From: Simkaniaceae bacterium
GTDB lineage: Bacteria > Chlamydiota > Chlamydiia > Chlamydiales > JAJFMI01
Direction: 5' to 3'
Assembly: GCA_040880145.1 (NCBI GenBank)
Contig: JBBDIZ010000001.1
Location: 1 to 54,224 of the forward strand
Length of the DNA stretch: 54,224 nucleotides
A program made the translations under genes and the position numbers. Shown in pieces: positions 1 through 8,330 of the stretch. Position 1 is the stretch's first letter; the number at the start of each line of letters is the position of its first letter. The notes below the pieces were generated by a model. The model was not told the DNA's origin. It ran no database searches and saw only the letters and a list, made by a program, of their open reading frames with translations.

Positions 1-55
1 CCTAAAGGGACATTTCTATTTGTCGGAAAGGGGACATTTCTATTTGTGGCCTACA
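1..55 (-). mobile_element. Terminal end of an insertion sequence (IS1202/ISNCY-like), cut by the window edge
   Basis: Two copies of GGGACATTTCTATTTGT (7-23, 31-47; 24-bp period) ending in ...CTACA. The minus strand reads 5'-TGTAGGCCACAAATAGAAATGTCCCC, a TGT terminus with repeated transposase-binding boxes typical of IS1202/IS481-type ends. Confidence 0.65.
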
Positions 56-121
56 ATAAAATATTTAGCATTGCAATTAATTAACATAATATTTATAATT
101 ATTTAAAAAATTAGGTTGATT

Positions 122-895
122 ATGTCAAAAATATTCGCCCCTATTGCCTTTTCTGATTGGTTTTACACCGAAGAGGCTTTAAAATTAGATAACGATAATC
201 AAAGCCTAGACCTTACACAACCAACAATTGATGCCTTAATCAGCACTGTAGGGGCAAAAGATTACGAAAAAAGAGTTTTTACTCTGCAACTGATCAAATT
301 CACTGCTACAGCATTAAGTGAATTAGAGACGTATATTTCCCAAAAAGCAGAAGATTTTATAGATCTATGGTTTAAAACACCATGCGAAATAACCGAGATA
401 GGAAATAATGATATCAAAAACTTTAAAAGTAAGCCGTTTTTGATAGAAGAAGTAGAACATCAACTTTTCTATAAATCAAAAAGTTTTATCGCAGAAGAGG
501 AATTAGACGTTTTTTATACTCAAGGGATAAGAGATATCACTTGTAAAATCATGCTTTCTGTTTCCGCGGCCTTCACACAAAACATTAGCACAAAGCAAAT
601 CACTTTCTATACGTTATTTCCCTCTATTAAATTGAATTTTTTTAAAGACCTCAATTCTTCGAAAAAGCTTGATAGTGGATCGATTACACTATGGCATAGA
701 CACATTTCTGACAAGAGTAAAATTGATTTTAATAAAGATCTCATAAAGAATACGACTTCTCAATCCTCCGAATTAGTGGAAAAATTAACAAATATATTTT
801 CTACTCGGATTCAAGCCTATTGCTCTAAAAACGGCATCCTCCCTGTCAAAAACAATGAATCGCAAAATTCCAACAATAATAATATTTTCTTTTAA
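122..895 (+). CDS. Hypothetical protein (AT-rich, possible host-interaction protein)
   Basis: Open 257-codon frame from ATG 122 (track start TTG 116); no recognisable motif. Confidence 0.7.
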   Translation: MSKIFAPIAFSDWFYTEEALKLDNDNQSLDLTQPTIDALISTVGAKDYEKRVFTLQLIKFTATALSELETYISQKAEDFIDLWFKTPCEITEIGNNDIKNFKSKPFLIEEVEHQLFYKSKSFIAEEELDVFYTQGIRDITCKIMLSVSAAFTQNISTKQITFYTLFPSIKLNFFKDLNSSKKLDSGSITLWHRHISDKSKIDFNKDLIKNTTSQSSELVEKLTNIFSTRIQAYCSKNGILPVKNNESQNSNNNNIFF

Positions 896-930
896 CCCAG
901 GGTTTATACCGAAACAACTTCAAGAATAGA

Positions 931-965
931 GAATCCCCTAACTTAAGTCATGGGGAGGAAGTCAA
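931..965 (+). mobile_element. Isolated right end of an IS200/IS605 (tnpB-type) element
   Basis: GAATCCCCTAACTTAAGTCATGGGGAGGAAGTCAA: an imperfect TCCCC..TTAA..TGGGGA hairpin followed by terminal TCAA, the usual IS605/IS1341 right-end pattern. No tnpA or tnpB is adjacent. Confidence 0.7.
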
Positions 966-1603
966 TATGTTTTCCAAACTCGATCCGCATAAGAAAAGCC
1001 ATGCTTTCTTACCTTTTGCTCAAAAATACGAAACTGATTGTTTACATTTTGACATAAACTCATAAATTTTATGCGTGAATTAAACGGAATATTCTCAATT
1101 TCCCAATCTTTATAGAATTTAAAGTTGTCGTGATTTGTAAAATCATTAAAAGTCTTCTGTATTGTATTTTCATACTGCATAAGATCATTCTCTTCTATGT
1201 TTGTGTAATCAAATTCTCCTTCTGTAATCGCATGTGAGTTTGATTTTAAAAAAAAGAAGTAGACATTATTACAAAGTGGCTGAAAGTTAAATTCGAATTC
1301 AAGAACTGTTTTTTTAGATTCTTGAATATCAAAATTCATGTCTAAAGAAATCTCGTAGGTTTCTTTCTCATTTTTTGATTTTTCAATTACAGAATCAATA
1401 TGATCGGTAGCAAGTTTTTTTATTTTTGGAAGAAGTTCAAATAAATAGTTCTTAAACCAAAGAAGAACGATCTTTCTGCTATATTTTTCATAAATTAAAT
1501 CATCTGATTTTATTGCATTTAGTATTCCGTCGTCTAACTCCTGATCCGGTAATGAAAACATGGACTCAACAAAAGAACTTGGGCTGATTAATACTTTTGA
1601 CAT
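962..1603 (-). CDS. Hypothetical protein
   Basis: 213-aa AT-rich ORF whose start overlaps the mutY stop by 1 nt; its stop codon lies in the TCAA of the IS605-like end. Confidence 0.7.
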   Translation of the reverse strand: MSKVLISPSSFVESMFSLPDQELDDGILNAIKSDDLIYEKYSRKIVLLWFKNYLFELLPKIKKLATDHIDSVIEKSKNEKETYEISLDMNFDIQESKKTVLEFEFNFQPLCNNVYFFFLKSNSHAITEGEFDYTNIEENDLMQYENTIQKTFNDFTNHDNFKFYKDWEIENIPFNSRIKFMSLCQNVNNQFRIFEQKVRKHGFSYADRVWKTY

Positions 1604-2649
1604 TAGGATTTCTCCGATACTTGTTTGTAAATTTGCGTTAAAAAATGTTCTACTTTTCTATGACCTGATGAAAATGGAAGCTTATAAAGTTTTTTTATAG
1701 GCTGCATATTCTCTAAAGGCGTCTCGCTTATAAAAAGCGCAGGAAAAAGATGCGCTTTGAAACGTGTAAATGTGTGAACAACAGAAGGAAATTGGGTAAT
1801 TTTTTGAGCTTTTATTTCCCATTTTTTTAATAAAAAATCTTCATTCAGCAAGTCGACTATTGGCTTTTCATCTAGCTCGATAAAGGGAAATTCATAAAGC
1901 CCTTCCATGACATTAGCCTCTCTTTTTATTACCCTTACACTCTTGTCAAATTGTAGTATTGGAACAAAACGATATAGAGGCTTAAGCAGGACTTGCTTTT
2001 TTTTTCGTGGAATCTGATCCACCTTTTTTTTCTGAAAGGCCTGACACTCACTGATTAAGGGACATCTGCTGCACTGAGCCCTCTTTTTGCAATAAGTCGC
2101 TCCAAGCTCAATCAGTGACTCCATTACGACATGGGCCTCTTTTTCAGGAAGGGCCTCTTCCGTCATTTTTTCAATGAGTCTCTTGGTTTTGGGCAGGTCG
2201 ATCTCCTCTTCAATTCCATGAAAACGAGCCATCACTCTCAAAACATTGCCATCGACAGCCGCCGCCTTTTTTTGAAAAGCAAAGCTTAAAATCGCTCCTG
2301 CCGTATAAGGGCCAATCCCAGGAAGGGCTAAAAGCGCTTCTTTTGTTGAAGGCACCGTTCCTTGATAGCTTTCACAAATAATTCGAGCCGTTTTTTGTAA
2401 GTTGCGCGCGCGGCTATAATAACCAAGCCCTTCCCACGCTTTAATCACCTCCTCCTCTTTTGCAAAGGCTAAATCTTCAACCGACGGGAAACGCTCCATG
2501 AATTGATTGAAGTACTCAACTACATAGGAGGCTGCCGTCTGCTGCAGCATAATCTCGGAAATCCAAACTCTATAAGGGGTGATTGCCTCTCTCCATGGGA
2601 AGGAACGCTTTCTTCGTTTAAACCAATTCAATAATTTTCTATCATCCAT
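1603..2649 (-). CDS. mutY: A/G-specific adenine DNA glycosylase
   Basis: PWR..PYRVWISEIMLQQT, WEGLGYYSRARNL, HhH LPGIGPYTAGAI, VDGNVLRV, and [4Fe-4S] motif C-x6-C-x2-C-x5-C. Confidence 0.97.
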   Translation of the reverse strand: MDDRKLLNWFKRRKRSFPWREAITPYRVWISEIMLQQTAASYVVEYFNQFMERFPSVEDLAFAKEEEVIKAWEGLGYYSRARNLQKTARIICESYQGTVPSTKEALLALPGIGPYTAGAILSFAFQKKAAAVDGNVLRVMARFHGIEEEIDLPKTKRLIEKMTEEALPEKEAHVVMESLIELGATYCKKRAQCSRCPLISECQAFQKKKVDQIPRKKKQVLLKPLYRFVPILQFDKSVRVIKREANVMEGLYEFPFIELDEKPIVDLLNEDFLLKKWEIKAQKITQFPSVVHTFTRFKAHLFPALFISETPLENMQPIKKLYKLPFSSGHRKVEHFLTQIYKQVSEKS

Positions 2650-2680
2650 AAGAAAAGAAAGAATAACAAAAAAGAGAAAA

Positions 2681-3757
2681 ATGAGACAGCATAAAGGATG
2701 TGCCCTGGTTTATGGTCAGATGATCCACCACCTCGATCACTTAGCGACACTCGCATCAATTTTACAAATCCCCCTGATTGTTACAGAAGAGGAGATCGAG
2801 AAGGCTGCCAAGCGGCACTACCCTTCTCTTGTCACCTATTTTTACGACCCTCTTATGGCCCCAAAAGAGATTGTAAAAAAGTATGATTTTGTCTTCTCTT
2901 CCCTTCCAATCGATCTTTTTAATGAAATTTTCTTTGTAAGTATGCAGATGCTTCAAAAAAAACTTCTCAGTATCTGGGTTCCGCATGGTCAATCGGATAA
3001 AGGAAGTTTTTCTCCTTTTTATGAAGCGCTCTATAAAGAATCCATTGCTCTTGTTTACGGAGAAAGGATGATAGATCAGTTTAAATCCGCTAAACTACTC
3101 GATAAAATCAGCCATATTATTGAAGTTGGAAACTATCGTTTAGACTATTATCAACAACATAAATCCTTTTATGACAAGCTAATATCAAACACCCTTTTAA
3201 AGTCTCTCGATCCAAAAAAGCGCACCCTTCTCTATGCACCGACTTGGCAGGATCGAGAAGACTCCTGTTCCCTTTTTCACTTAGGACCCCAACTTATCAA
3301 CAATATTTCCGCAAACTTTAATCTTATTATCAAGTTGCATCCAAACACTTTACTCTCCGATCTTCCTGCAATCGAGTCACTAAAAGGCTTAGCTGAAAAA
3401 AAAGAAAACATTCACTTTCTGGCCTCATTTTCCCCCATATATCCCCTCTTAGGCCTCACAGACCTTTACCTCGGTGATATGTCCTCAATCGGATATGATT
3501 TTTTAGCCTTTGACCGCCCCCTTATTTTGATCAACCATCACATGAGAGAAAAGCAGCCCTTAAGCGAAGCAGCTCTTACTTTAACGCCTTCAGATTTCGA
3601 TCATATTGAAGATTTTTTCTATAGTGATCAGCCTCAGCTGCAAAAAAACCGCCAAAACCTCTATAAAAAAACATTTTCCTCAAAACATCTATCTCTGCTT
3701 AAAGAGGAAATTTTTGATCTTATTGACTATCTTATTGAGGAGACTCTTTTTATATGA
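2681..3757 (+). CDS. CDP-glycerol glycerophosphotransferase family protein (TagB/TagF-like GT-B)
   Basis: Motifs PHG, LYAPTW, IIKLHP, DLYLGDMSSIGYDF. ATG 2681 is preferred because the longer start overlaps mutY. Confidence 0.85.
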   Translation: MRQHKGCALVYGQMIHHLDHLATLASILQIPLIVTEEEIEKAAKRHYPSLVTYFYDPLMAPKEIVKKYDFVFSSLPIDLFNEIFFVSMQMLQKKLLSIWVPHGQSDKGSFSPFYEALYKESIALVYGERMIDQFKSAKLLDKISHIIEVGNYRLDYYQQHKSFYDKLISNTLLKSLDPKKRTLLYAPTWQDREDSCSLFHLGPQLINNISANFNLIIKLHPNTLLSDLPAIESLKGLAEKKENIHFLASFSPIYPLLGLTDLYLGDMSSIGYDFLAFDRPLILINHHMREKQPLSEAALTLTPSDFDHIEDFFYSDQPQLQKNRQNLYKKTFSSKHLSLLKEEIFDLIDYLIEETLFI

Positions 3758-4740
3758 AAGCAGCCGCTTTGCTTGAGCACTATCATCCCCACCATATCGA
3801 CCATTTTGCTCCCCTTTGTTATTTTCTTAAAATCCCTCTTTTGACGCTGAATGATGAGATTTTTGAGCTTACGAAAAAAGAGTATCCCTATCTTGAGATC
3901 AAAAAAATCGATCGTTTTACACCCTTTTACCCTTACCTTGCCCACAATTACGATATGCTTTTTATCACCCTTAAGCACAAACCGTTCGAGCTCATCTGTC
4001 AACTTCGTTTCTATAATCAGAAAATGCAAATCATTTATATTCCTCACGGAAACTCTGACAAGGCCTCATATAGCAGCCTCTTTGACCCCTTTCCCGTCCA
4101 AGAAAAAGCCTTGATTTACGGAGAGCAGATGGCCGAGGCGGCAAAACTCAACCACATCCGAATGGGAAATATGCGCCTTAAACTCTATCAAACCCTGAAG
4201 CCCTCGATTCCCCTCTCTCTACCCCCCCACAAGAAAACCATCCTTTATGCCCCGACCTGGCATGAGGAAACACGCCCCTCTACCCTTCTCGATACAACCC
4301 TTCCTCTGATTCAATCGCTTCCGGCCGACGTTGAACTCCTCATAAAATTTCACCCCATGTCGTACAACAATGCCCTAGCCCAAATCATCACAATCAAAGA
4401 GCAAACTCAAAACCACCCCGGTATTCATTTTATCGAAAACACTCATGCCATCTACCCGCTTCTTGCAGCCTGTGATGCCTACCTTGGAGACTATTCCTCG
4501 ATTGGCTATGACTTTCTCTCCTTTGACAAGCCTCTTTTTTTCTTCAATCCTTTAAACCTAAAAAACCTCTCGCTTCAAAAGGTCGGCCTTACCATTACAG
4601 ATCCCAAACAGACATTTGAACAAATAGAAAAGCATAATCCGAATGACTATGCTTATTTAAGAAAAAAACTTTATGATTACACCTTCGATCCGCCAATCGA
4701 CCCGGAAAGGCTAAAGTCTCAAATTCTCACCCAATTCTAA
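3754..4740 (+). CDS. CDP-glycerol glycerophosphotransferase family protein, tandem paralog
   Basis: Same motifs (HHIDH, PHGNSDK, LYAPTW, IKFHP, DAYLGDYSSIGYDF); ATGA overlap with the upstream paralog. Confidence 0.85.
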   Translation: MKAAALLEHYHPHHIDHFAPLCYFLKIPLLTLNDEIFELTKKEYPYLEIKKIDRFTPFYPYLAHNYDMLFITLKHKPFELICQLRFYNQKMQIIYIPHGNSDKASYSSLFDPFPVQEKALIYGEQMAEAAKLNHIRMGNMRLKLYQTLKPSIPLSLPPHKKTILYAPTWHEETRPSTLLDTTLPLIQSLPADVELLIKFHPMSYNNALAQIITIKEQTQNHPGIHFIENTHAIYPLLAACDAYLGDYSSIGYDFLSFDKPLFFFNPLNLKNLSLQKVGLTITDPKQTFEQIEKHNPNDYAYLRKKLYDYTFDPPIDPERLKSQILTQF

Positions 4741-4761
4741 AAAATAAACCATCGAATACTT

Positions 4762-4941
4762 TTATAATAAAATCTTGCAAGTCCAATTAGCTAATAAAGG
4801 TGCTAGTTTATATACAAGTATAATGGCAACTACTCCCGCAGTAAAGCCATTAAGACCTCGATTTTTTTTACTCTTCTTTAATTTATAAAAAGAATAAATC
4901 ATTATACCGAATAATAGTATTATGAAAAAAGAATCAGTCAT
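4762..4941 (-). CDS. Small two-TM membrane protein (59 aa, absent from the ORF track), immunity-like
   Basis: Manual translation: MTDSFFIILLFGIMIYSFYKLKKSKKNRGLNGFTAGVVAIILVYKLAPLLANWTCKILL*. Two hydrophobic segments with a Lys-rich loop; the start overlaps the upstream stop (ATGACTGA). Confidence 0.6.
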   Translation of the reverse strand: MTDSFFIILLFGIMIYSFYKLKKSKKNRGLNGFTAGVVAIILVYKLAPLLANWTCKILL

Positions 4942-5215
4942 CGCATTCTCTACCGCGTTTAGAAAGTTCTACAGCTTCACTGAAATCACGATAAGAATCT
5001 TTGATTTCTTTTGCCCCTGAACCAATTAAAGCCGAACCGCTTATAGCGTCTCCTCTAGAAAATTGAAAGGCTCCAACACCCATTTCAACTAGCCCCAAAC
5101 CCATATGTTCGTAAGAACTTTCAAGCTTCTCTTGGGCTCTTTGATTTAATTCAGATTTTGTTTCTGCAAAACATAAACCCGCTACAAAAACAAAAAGAGC
5201 CCTCATTTTCACCAT
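4934..5215 (-). CDS. Small exported Gly-rich/hydrophobic hypothetical protein
   Basis: 93-aa ORF (alternative ATG 5206) with a signal-like MRALFVFVAGLCFA and Gly-rich segments MGLGLVEMGVGAF and ISGSALIGSGA. Confidence 0.6.
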   Translation of the reverse strand: MVKMRALFVFVAGLCFAETKSELNQRAQEKLESSYEHMGLGLVEMGVGAFQFSRGDAISGSALIGSGAKEIKDSYRDFSEAVELSKRGRECDD

Positions 5216-5360
5216 ATAGTGAATCCATTGGGTTAAACAAGTTTGCTTCCTAAAATATGCTAACGGCTACTGTCGATGATCAGCCTATTAAATTACATAT
5301 TTATTCACAACTCTTTTGCTTGCGTTTTTCTCCAGGGCGATTTCATGAAAAAGATTTGAT

Positions 5361-5550
5361 ATCGATCACCTTCAATAAAGCCCTTCAATGCTCAGAAGGA
5401 CAGCTTATAGACGGCCTTGATCATTAAGGCACACAGTATGACCTCATCAGAGTACACTCGGGGTCTTCCTCGTTTTGAGCTGCTTTCAGCATACCATTTT
5501 TCGAGGATGTCTGTAGAAAACCAAATAGTAAGGCTTCCTCTATTTACCTG
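5361..5550 (-). pseudogene. IS5-family (IS903 group) transposase N-terminal fragment
   Basis: Manual translation: VNRGSLTIWFSTDILEKWY...KRGRPRVYSDEVILCALMIKAVYKLSF*ALKGFIE. This matches the IS903-group N-terminus, with an in-frame stop and no start codon. Confidence 0.85.
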
Positions 5551-5567
5551 ATGATAGTAATATAGGA

Positions 5568-6029
5568 GTGGATTGCTCTAGTGCAGAAGAAATAAAAAAC
5601 ATTCAAACTATATCCCAACATTTCACAATTAAAGAAAACCATAAAAAAATAGATTTCCCACTCCAAAACACAGTCGTCACTAATATTACTTTTAATGAAT
5701 GGAATTTACCAATTTTTCATTTTACAAATGGTTCCTCTATCCATTTAGAAGCTTGTGCATGGAGGTTAGAAAAAAATAGTCATTACGTGATAGGGTGTCT
5801 AGATGATGATCTTAAGAAAATTAAGAGTGAATTGACTCACCTTATTGGAAAAAACCTTAATCAAATTGATATTGCTAATGCAATGATGGATGCCAGATTT
5901 CAATTTGAAGGTGGATTTGTTCTTAAAACTTTTTCCTGCTGCCGTGTCACTGACCAGTGGAAGATTTGTGTACAAAAGAAACCCATATTTTGTGCTAAAA
6001 TTCCTTTACTCGATAATATAGTGAATTAA
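5568..6029 (+). CDS. Hypothetical protein
   Basis: 153-aa ORF with GTG start; its last codons and stop lie in the IS630 TIR. Confidence 0.65.
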   Translation: MDCSSAEEIKNIQTISQHFTIKENHKKIDFPLQNTVVTNITFNEWNLPIFHFTNGSSIHLEACAWRLEKNSHYVIGCLDDDLKKIKSELTHLIGKNLNQIDIANAMMDARFQFEGGFVLKTFSCCRVTDQWKICVQKKPIFCAKIPLLDNIVN

Positions 6030-6384
6030 ATTATAATTTTCCTTATTCACTTGATCCTCCAGAAAATGCATAATCGATCGCATCAGCCAGCCTAAGCCCT
6101 TCTGCTCTCTCTAAAAATACTCGCACTTTCTTTTTAAAGCCTGAAGTTTTTGGGTATCAATTAAACTTGGAGCACTTGTTCTTGATTTGGGAGGCAAAAC
6201 CCCTTCTTTCTCTCTTCTAATCCAATTCACTAATGTGCGTAACGTAATGCCAAAAGCTTCGACAACTTTTTTCCGATCACCTGTTTTATCGAGATACCTT
6301 AGGGCTTTTTTTCTTAGGTCTAATGAATAAGTCATCCACACATTGTACATGATCTAAGAGAAAAACAAAATTTAAATCACTATA
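6017..6384 (-). mobile_element. Internally deleted IS630-family element (MITE-like, 368 bp including flanking TA)
   Basis: TIRs TATAGTGAATTAAATT (6017-6032) and TATAGTGATTTAAATT (reverse complement of 6369-6384) are 15/16 identical. The HTH N-terminus MTYSLDLRKKAL (ATG 6335) is joined out of frame to a C-terminal piece FKKKVR..LADAIDYAF; the DDE core is missing. Confidence 0.88.
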
Positions 6385-7877
6385 TCTACAAATAGGTCAT
6401 CAAGAGTGGCTTTATTTGATATGATTTCTTCAGAATACATAGTTGGCTTTAAGCCCATTGTGGTGATCATAGAGAAGAACAGTTGCTTTTTAGTCTTTGT
6501 ATGTTTTTTGAATACTTCCATCTTTTTTAAAATTTCTTTCGAATAAGATTTATCAATTGCAAATGGTTTGTTTGAATATTTTATTTCACATAAAGTAATT
6601 GCTCCATCTAAACGATCAAAAAGCAAATCGATTTGAGCCCCCTCTTGAGGCTCGTTTGCTTTAGGAATAAACCTCCAGGTCCCGGCAGTAGCCCCTGGAT
6701 CGATTTGCAGTGCTTTGCGGATCTGATCAATGTGTTTATAGCAGGTTGACTCAAACGATAATGCTGCCCAGGTTTTCCAGGCGGATTGATTCGATTGAGC
6801 CATCCAAAACCCTGCATTTATTGATTTTCTAGCAATTATTTTTAATTTTGGTTCTATCCAATGCAAATAGAAAAGACTGTATTCATCATCAATTAAATAA
6901 TAGACGCCCTTTTCCTTTCTTCCATATGGGACAAGACTTGTGATAAATCCAGCTTCCTCCAGTTGATGCAATCTACGAACAGTACTGCCTCCATCAGGTT
7001 GTTTAGATTTTGCAATCAACTCTGCTTGCCCAATGCCATAGCGGTACCCGGCAACTGTGCGAATTAGCTCAATATACGGTTTTGCATCTTCAAATAATGA
7101 CTCAAACAACCTCTTAAATTCTTTGACCAATGGGCCGTTATTTTGAAAGCAGAGTTCATCTATACATTGATGAGCCGAATATCCTTTCCTCACAAAGGAC
7201 CAATAAAGGGGAACTCCGCCTAAAACTGTATAAAGATCGAGAATTTGCCTACGATCAAGATTGATTTTGTGTTCTTTAAGATAGCTTTCTGTTTCATATA
7301 GAGAAAATGGCTGTAAATGAATCGAACGCGTTACTCTATTATGAAGACCCCCTTTGTTGTTAATAATATTTTCCACAATCCATGAAGTAGCAGATCCGCA
7401 AATAATCAGTTTAATACGAGGGTCGAAAACCCAGTATCGGTTCCAATATAATTCTAAAGCTGTAATCAACTTCGAGCGAGGTGTTGCCATCCACGGGAAT
7501 TCATCGAAAAACAATACGACTTTTTTACCTTTAGGGATTTTATTAATGGCTTGAGTAAGGTCTTCAAATGTATCAATCCATCCTGATCGATGAACAAGGG
7601 GCGCCCCTTGATAAAACGTGACCCCGATCTGTTTTGCAAACTCCCCTAATTGTTCTTTAAAAGTACCTTTTTGTAGACCCGTTACATGGAAAAAAACAGC
7701 AGGCAATGAGTCTATCAGATTTTTGATCAAATAAGTTTTTCCAACTCTACGCCTTCCGTAGACGGCAATGAATTCTGATTTCTTAGAATCAAACAGTTCC
7801 TTAAGGAGCACTTGTTCTCGAAAACGTCCAATGATTTTCCCTCGAGACTCCCCGTTTTTAACACTTTTTTTATCCAT
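6372..7877 (-). CDS. AAA/'archaeal' ATPase with wHTH and C-terminal PD-(D/E)XK (DUF234-like) nuclease domain
   Basis: IIGR, Walker A GRRRVGKT, Walker B FFDEFPW, ICGS, GGVP, and C-terminal FESTC...QIDLL...LCEIKY nuclease motif. Confidence 0.88.
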   Translation of the reverse strand: MDKKSVKNGESRGKIIGRFREQVLLKELFDSKKSEFIAVYGRRRVGKTYLIKNLIDSLPAVFFHVTGLQKGTFKEQLGEFAKQIGVTFYQGAPLVHRSGWIDTFEDLTQAINKIPKGKKVVLFFDEFPWMATPRSKLITALELYWNRYWVFDPRIKLIICGSATSWIVENIINNKGGLHNRVTRSIHLQPFSLYETESYLKEHKINLDRRQILDLYTVLGGVPLYWSFVRKGYSAHQCIDELCFQNNGPLVKEFKRLFESLFEDAKPYIELIRTVAGYRYGIGQAELIAKSKQPDGGSTVRRLHQLEEAGFITSLVPYGRKEKGVYYLIDDEYSLFYLHWIEPKLKIIARKSINAGFWMAQSNQSAWKTWAALSFESTCYKHIDQIRKALQIDPGATAGTWRFIPKANEPQEGAQIDLLFDRLDGAITLCEIKYSNKPFAIDKSYSKEILKKMEVFKKHTKTKKQLFFSMITTMGLKPTMYSEEIISNKATLDDLFVDIVI

Positions 7878-7961
7878 ACGACCCTTTCTTTTATGTTATT
7901 TTTGCAAAAATTTAAGGCTCTAATAAGCTGGTAGTTAGAATGTTAAGAGACATTCACATCT

Positions 7962-8101
7962 TCCGCCTGGTATAAATTTTCATAAATGGCGGATATTTTA
8001 CCAAACAGACATGTATCCGCCGGTTATAATCTTACAAAACCAGCGGATAAAACGCAATCTGCAAAAGTACCCGCCGGATATAAATATTCATAAACGGCGG
8101 G
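7962..8101. repeat. Array of three 32-bp palindromic units at an exact 54-bp period
   Basis: Units at 7962-7993, 8016-8047 and 8070-8101 (YCCGCC-N20-RGCGGR) separated by two 22-bp spacers. Units 1 and 3 are 26/32 identical. Confidence 0.9.
8029..8057 (-). promoter_or_regulatory. Putative sigma66/sigma70 promoter of the ATPase gene, embedded in the repeat array
   Basis: Minus strand TTGCGT-N17-TAAGAT; one array half-site lies between -35 and -10. Confidence 0.5.
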
Positions 8102-8330
8102 TTCTCCCACCCACATCTATTCAATTGGAAGAAGTTTGATCCAAACCTTAAATTTACAAAAGGGTGCTGCTTCTATGGTAATGCAACATTGTTTCTGTAA
8201 ATTCAATTTTCTGAGCAAGACTCAAAAGTTGAAAAAAAAAGTTTGAGATCAGATTCTTTTAAGTTCTTCAAAAAATAAAAGGCGAACCAAATAACCTCAA
8301 ACTGAAGATATTCACCGCTGTCCGTTTTTA

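Noticed and set aside
79..106. XerD-arm-like AATTAACATAA near the IS end, suggesting a dif site
   Set aside because: The second arm does not match XerC consensus, the region is extremely AT-rich, and the window appears origin-proximal rather than terminus-proximal.
7962..8101. CRISPR array
   Set aside because: Only three degenerate units with short 22-bp spacers, no typical repeat terminus, and no cas genes in the window. Kept as a regulatory-type array instead.
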